From: Nitrospirota bacterium
GTDB taxonomy: Bacteria > Nitrospirota > Thermodesulfovibrionia > Thermodesulfovibrionales > UBA9159
Direction of reading: 5' to 3'
Length of the DNA stretch: 64,000 bases
NCBI GenBank assembly: GCA_963699545.1
Contig: CAVOUE010000006.1
Location: 32,001-96,000, forward strand
In this document: positions 60,898-64,000 of the stretch, piece after piece
How positions within the stretch are numbered: position 1 is the stretch's first letter
Layout of the letters: each line of letters starts with the position of its first letter
The notes under the pieces: model-generated
Databases searched by the model: none
Told to the model about the DNA's origin: nothing
The model's input: the letters and a program-made list of their open reading frames with translations, nothing else
Translations under genes and position numbers: made by a program

Positions 60898-62282
60898 ATG
60901 CCCCCTAAATATCATATTCATACCAGCCAGGCAGCAAACCGGCTTCAGTCGATCACCCGGTCGGGAGTCATTGCATGGGAAGAAGGGTGCCTCAAATGCG
61001 CCCGCTGCGTGAAGAAGGATTGCGTCTACAAGGTATATGAAAAGCGGGGTATTGACGCCGGCCAGATGCTCGAATCCCTCGACAGCGTCTGCAAGGACTG
61101 CTTCCGCTGCGTCCAGGGCTGTCCGAACAAGCTTATCCAGAAGGGGCTCAATCCCTCATATAAAGACCTCGGAGATCATTACTGGACGCCGGAGATCATT
61201 TCGGCGCTCTGGTTTCAGGCAGAAGCGGGACGCATCCCTGTTTCCGGCGCCGGTTACGGGGGACCTTTCTCCGGGCCCGGTTTTGACGCCATGTGGACAG
61301 ACATGTCCGAAATAGTCCGGCCTACAAGGGATGGTATCCACGGCCGCGAATACATAAGCACCGTGACCGATATCGGCCGCAAGGTGATGGCCCTCGAATT
61401 CGATCATTCGGGCGCACTTTCGATAACTCCGCCGCCCCTTGTGGAGATACCGCTGCCGATTATTTTCGACATACTGCCCTGGTCGCCGCCTCGGAAAGGG
61501 ATCAATCTCGCCCTTCTCGAAGGAGCACGGTCGCTGGGCACCTTTGCGGTTATCCGGCAGAGCGAGTTCGATCCGGCGATGGAGGAGTATCTCCCCAGCA
61601 TGGTCCTTTACGCTGACGGGAGGTTATCCGATATCGAGTCCGGCGGTCCTGCGCACGTTGCGCCTGATAGAGATACCGTACGGGGAAGAAGTCATCGCCG
61701 CACAGAACGCCCTGAAAGAAAAGTACCCCGGCCTCGTGACAATTATCCGGATGGAACTCGGTCCTGACTCATCGGAGAATGTCTTCCGGCTCACCACAGA
61801 AGGGGCCGAGGCCATACATCTTGTTGCCGACGAATACGGCCTTGAAAAGGCCGATAAGCCTCTCTTCATAAAAGAACGGGTGAAGGAGATCCACCTTCAC
61901 CTCGTGGAGAAGGGAGTGCGGGACCAGATCACCCTTATCGCAGGCGGGGGCATCGCGATGGCGGAACATGTGGCAAAGCAGATCATCTGCGGTGCCGACC
62001 TCTTGTCCGTTGACATACCGCTCCTCGTTGCCATGGAGTGCAGGGTGTGCCGCCGCTGCAAGGAGGGCATTGCCTGTCCCGTGGGGCTTGACAGTGTTGA
62101 CCCCGTCTGGGGCTGCCGGCCGCATAAGGAACCTCATGGCAGGCTGGCATAACCAGCTTCTGGAGATCCTGGGCGCCATGGGTATCCGTGAGGTGAGAAG
62201 ACTGCGGGGCGAAATGGGCCGGGCCATGTTCTTCGAAGATCTTGAAAAAAATATTTTCGCCACTCTGGGCAAAAGAAGTTGA
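60898..62282 (+). CDS. Ferredoxin + degenerate glutamate-synthase FMN-binding-like protein (two frameshifts)
   Basis: N-terminal Cys clusters, IPVSGAGY.GPF.G.GFDAMWTDMSEIVRPTRDGIHGREYIST; LIAGGGI..AEHVAK, ECRVCRRC....CP; ends in ORF 61968..62282. Confidence 0.75.
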
Positions 62283-62286
62283 GGGA

Positions 62287-63805
62287 ATGGGAAACAAACC
62301 AGAGACATTCACGCTCCCTGAGATCAAACCGCTGCCAAGCCGTTTCCGCAACGCCCTCGGAAAGTATCGTGTTACGGTAACCAAGGCGTGCAACAACTGC
62401 GGACTCTGCGTAACGCTCTGTCCCTATGGTGTGTATAAGACCGGCTCAAAAAAACCAAGGGTGGCAGCCGAGCATCTCTGCCTCGGCTTCCCGTGCAGCG
62501 CAAATGATTTCTACTGCGTACGCAGATGCCCTGAAAAGGCGATCCAGTTAAGTCTGAACCCGTCTTTTGAAATCCTGGGAGACAGACGGTGGCCGGCGGA
62601 ACTTCTTGCCAGCACCTGGCATATGGCGGAGACCGGTGAGATTCCGTACCAGGGACTGAACTACAAGACCGGCGATTCCGGAGGCGGCTTCGATAAGCTC
62701 CGTTTTATCTTTCCAAGGGGAAAAGGGTTGGCTATCCCCGATGAAGAGGTATCCACAGCCATTGAACTGAACCGCTCCGGAGATTCGCGGCCGGGCATCA
62801 CTATCCCGGTTCCTTTTTATCTTGGCGGCATGTCCTTCGGCTCTGTCAGTATCGTGACGATGCTCTCCCGCGTCAGGGCCGCCACGGCCCTTAATACCTT
62901 CTGCTGTACCGGTGAAGGCGGCTACCCGGAGGAACTGATTCCTTACGATGATCACGTCATCACCCAGGTGGCAACAGGCCTCTTCGGGGTGCAGAGAAGA
63001 GACGATCAAGAGGGTCCGCATCGTGGAGTTCAAGTATGCCCAGGGGGCAAAACCCGGTCTTGGCGGACATCTCCTCGGTGACAAGGTGACACCCCGTGTG
63101 GCCAGTATGCGTGAGGCGGTGGCGGGAAGCGCTCTCTTCTCACCGTTTCCGTTCCACAGCGTCTATTCGGTCGAAGACCACAAGAAACATGTGGACTGGA
63201 TAAAGGAGACGAACCCCCGTGCCCTCGTGTCGGTAAAGGTCTCAACACCGACTGATGTGGACATGGTTGCCGTGGGGAGTTACTACGCCGGGGCCCATAT
63301 CGTTCAGCTTGACGGAAGTTACGGCGGGACCGGTGCGGCGCCGGATATTGCAAAAAAGAATATTGCCATGCCGATCGAATATGCCCTGCCCAAGGTGCAC
63401 AAGTTCCTTAGCGAAGAGGGTATCAGGGACAAGATCACCATTATCGCGAGCGGCGGGATACGGTCAGCCCACGACATGGCGAAGGCCATTGCCCTTGGCG
63501 CCGACGGGGTCTGTCTCGGCACCGCCGACCTCGTGGCCCTTGAGTGCATCCGCTGCCACCACTGTGAGTCAGGTCGTGGCTGTGCCCGGGGTATCGCCAC
63601 AACGGACGAAGAACTTACGAATCTGATGGAGCTCGAATGGGCGACCCAGCGTATCATCAACATGTATCTGACCTGGCGGCGCCAGCTTGTCTCTCTCCTC
63701 AAGCGGCTGGGTATGAAGAGCGTTACAGAGCTTGTGGGACGCTTCGATGTGATCGGCCACCTCGATTACCTTAAGCAGGAAGAGACTGGAAGGGGAACTG
63801 GATAT
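62287..63805 (+). CDS. Ferredoxin + glutamate-synthase FMN-binding domain protein (frameshift near 62992; end uncertain)
   Basis: CNNCGLCVTLCP, GGMSFGSVS, TGEGG, QVATGLFG; then EFKYAQGAKPGLGGHL, GGTGAAP, IASGGIR, ECIRCHHCESGRGC in next frame. Confidence 0.85.
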
Positions 63806-64000
63806 ATGAAACAGAGCAGCATGAGCAGAGGCAATAATCAAGGCCCGGCACCATCTTCCGGCGAGGCCGGCAGACTGGTAAAACAGACCGGGATAGAAGC
63901 TGAAGAAGGCGGCTGCGGCGTTACCGGTTTTGCCTGCAGCATTCCCGTGAGTGGCCGTCACATCTTCGAACCCTCCGTGCAGATGCACAACAGGGGAAAC
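63806..64000 (+). CDS. Start of class II (Ntn) glutamine amidotransferase, glutamate-synthase-related; truncated by window edge
   Basis: EAEEGGCGVTGFACS...MHNRGN; resembles GltB propeptide cleavage site before catalytic Cys. Confidence 0.7.
   Translation, partial: MKQSSMSRGNNQGPAPSSGEAGRLVKQTGIEAEEGGCGVTGFACSIPVSGRHIFEPSVQMHNRGN

Overview
Bacterial chromosomal segment, mostly GC-rich. Gene content and style suggest an anaerobic Nitrospirota (Thermodesulfovibrionia-like) or deltaproteobacterium-like organism; this is inference, not a database result. Many genes, including essential ones (rplM, glyS, rnj), are split by frameshifts, best explained as indel errors of an unpolished assembly. Housekeeping blocks: tamB-glnD, ftsK, rnj-argF-argD, rimP-nusA-recG-pilD, ilvD-ilvB-ilvN, hflX-radical SAM-hemE-hemH-hemG, glyQS, rplM-rpsI-argC, hemB. 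Notable accessory content: (1) an intact mercury-methylation locus hgcC-hgcA-hgcB plus a CMD-family gene, behind a perfect sigma70 promoter overlapped by 9-bp-periodic ATCAG repeats; (2) a candidate CRP/FNR regulon defined by four (T/C)ATGA-N6-TCATA sites, each centred about -41 from a -10 box, in front of DUF1858/DUF2249/Fe-S/NifU-like genes; (3) an AT-rich two-gene island with an Mrr nuclease-DUF1566 fusion and a divergent nucleotide-cyclase-like gene; (4) an mvhD-metV-metF operon continuing into split glutamate-synthase-like genes; (5) a kinase/receiver/HD-GYP cassette inside the heme gene run; (6) several small ORFs missed by the ORF track and apparent ATA/ATC start codons. No rRNA, tRNA, CRISPR array or transposase was recognised.
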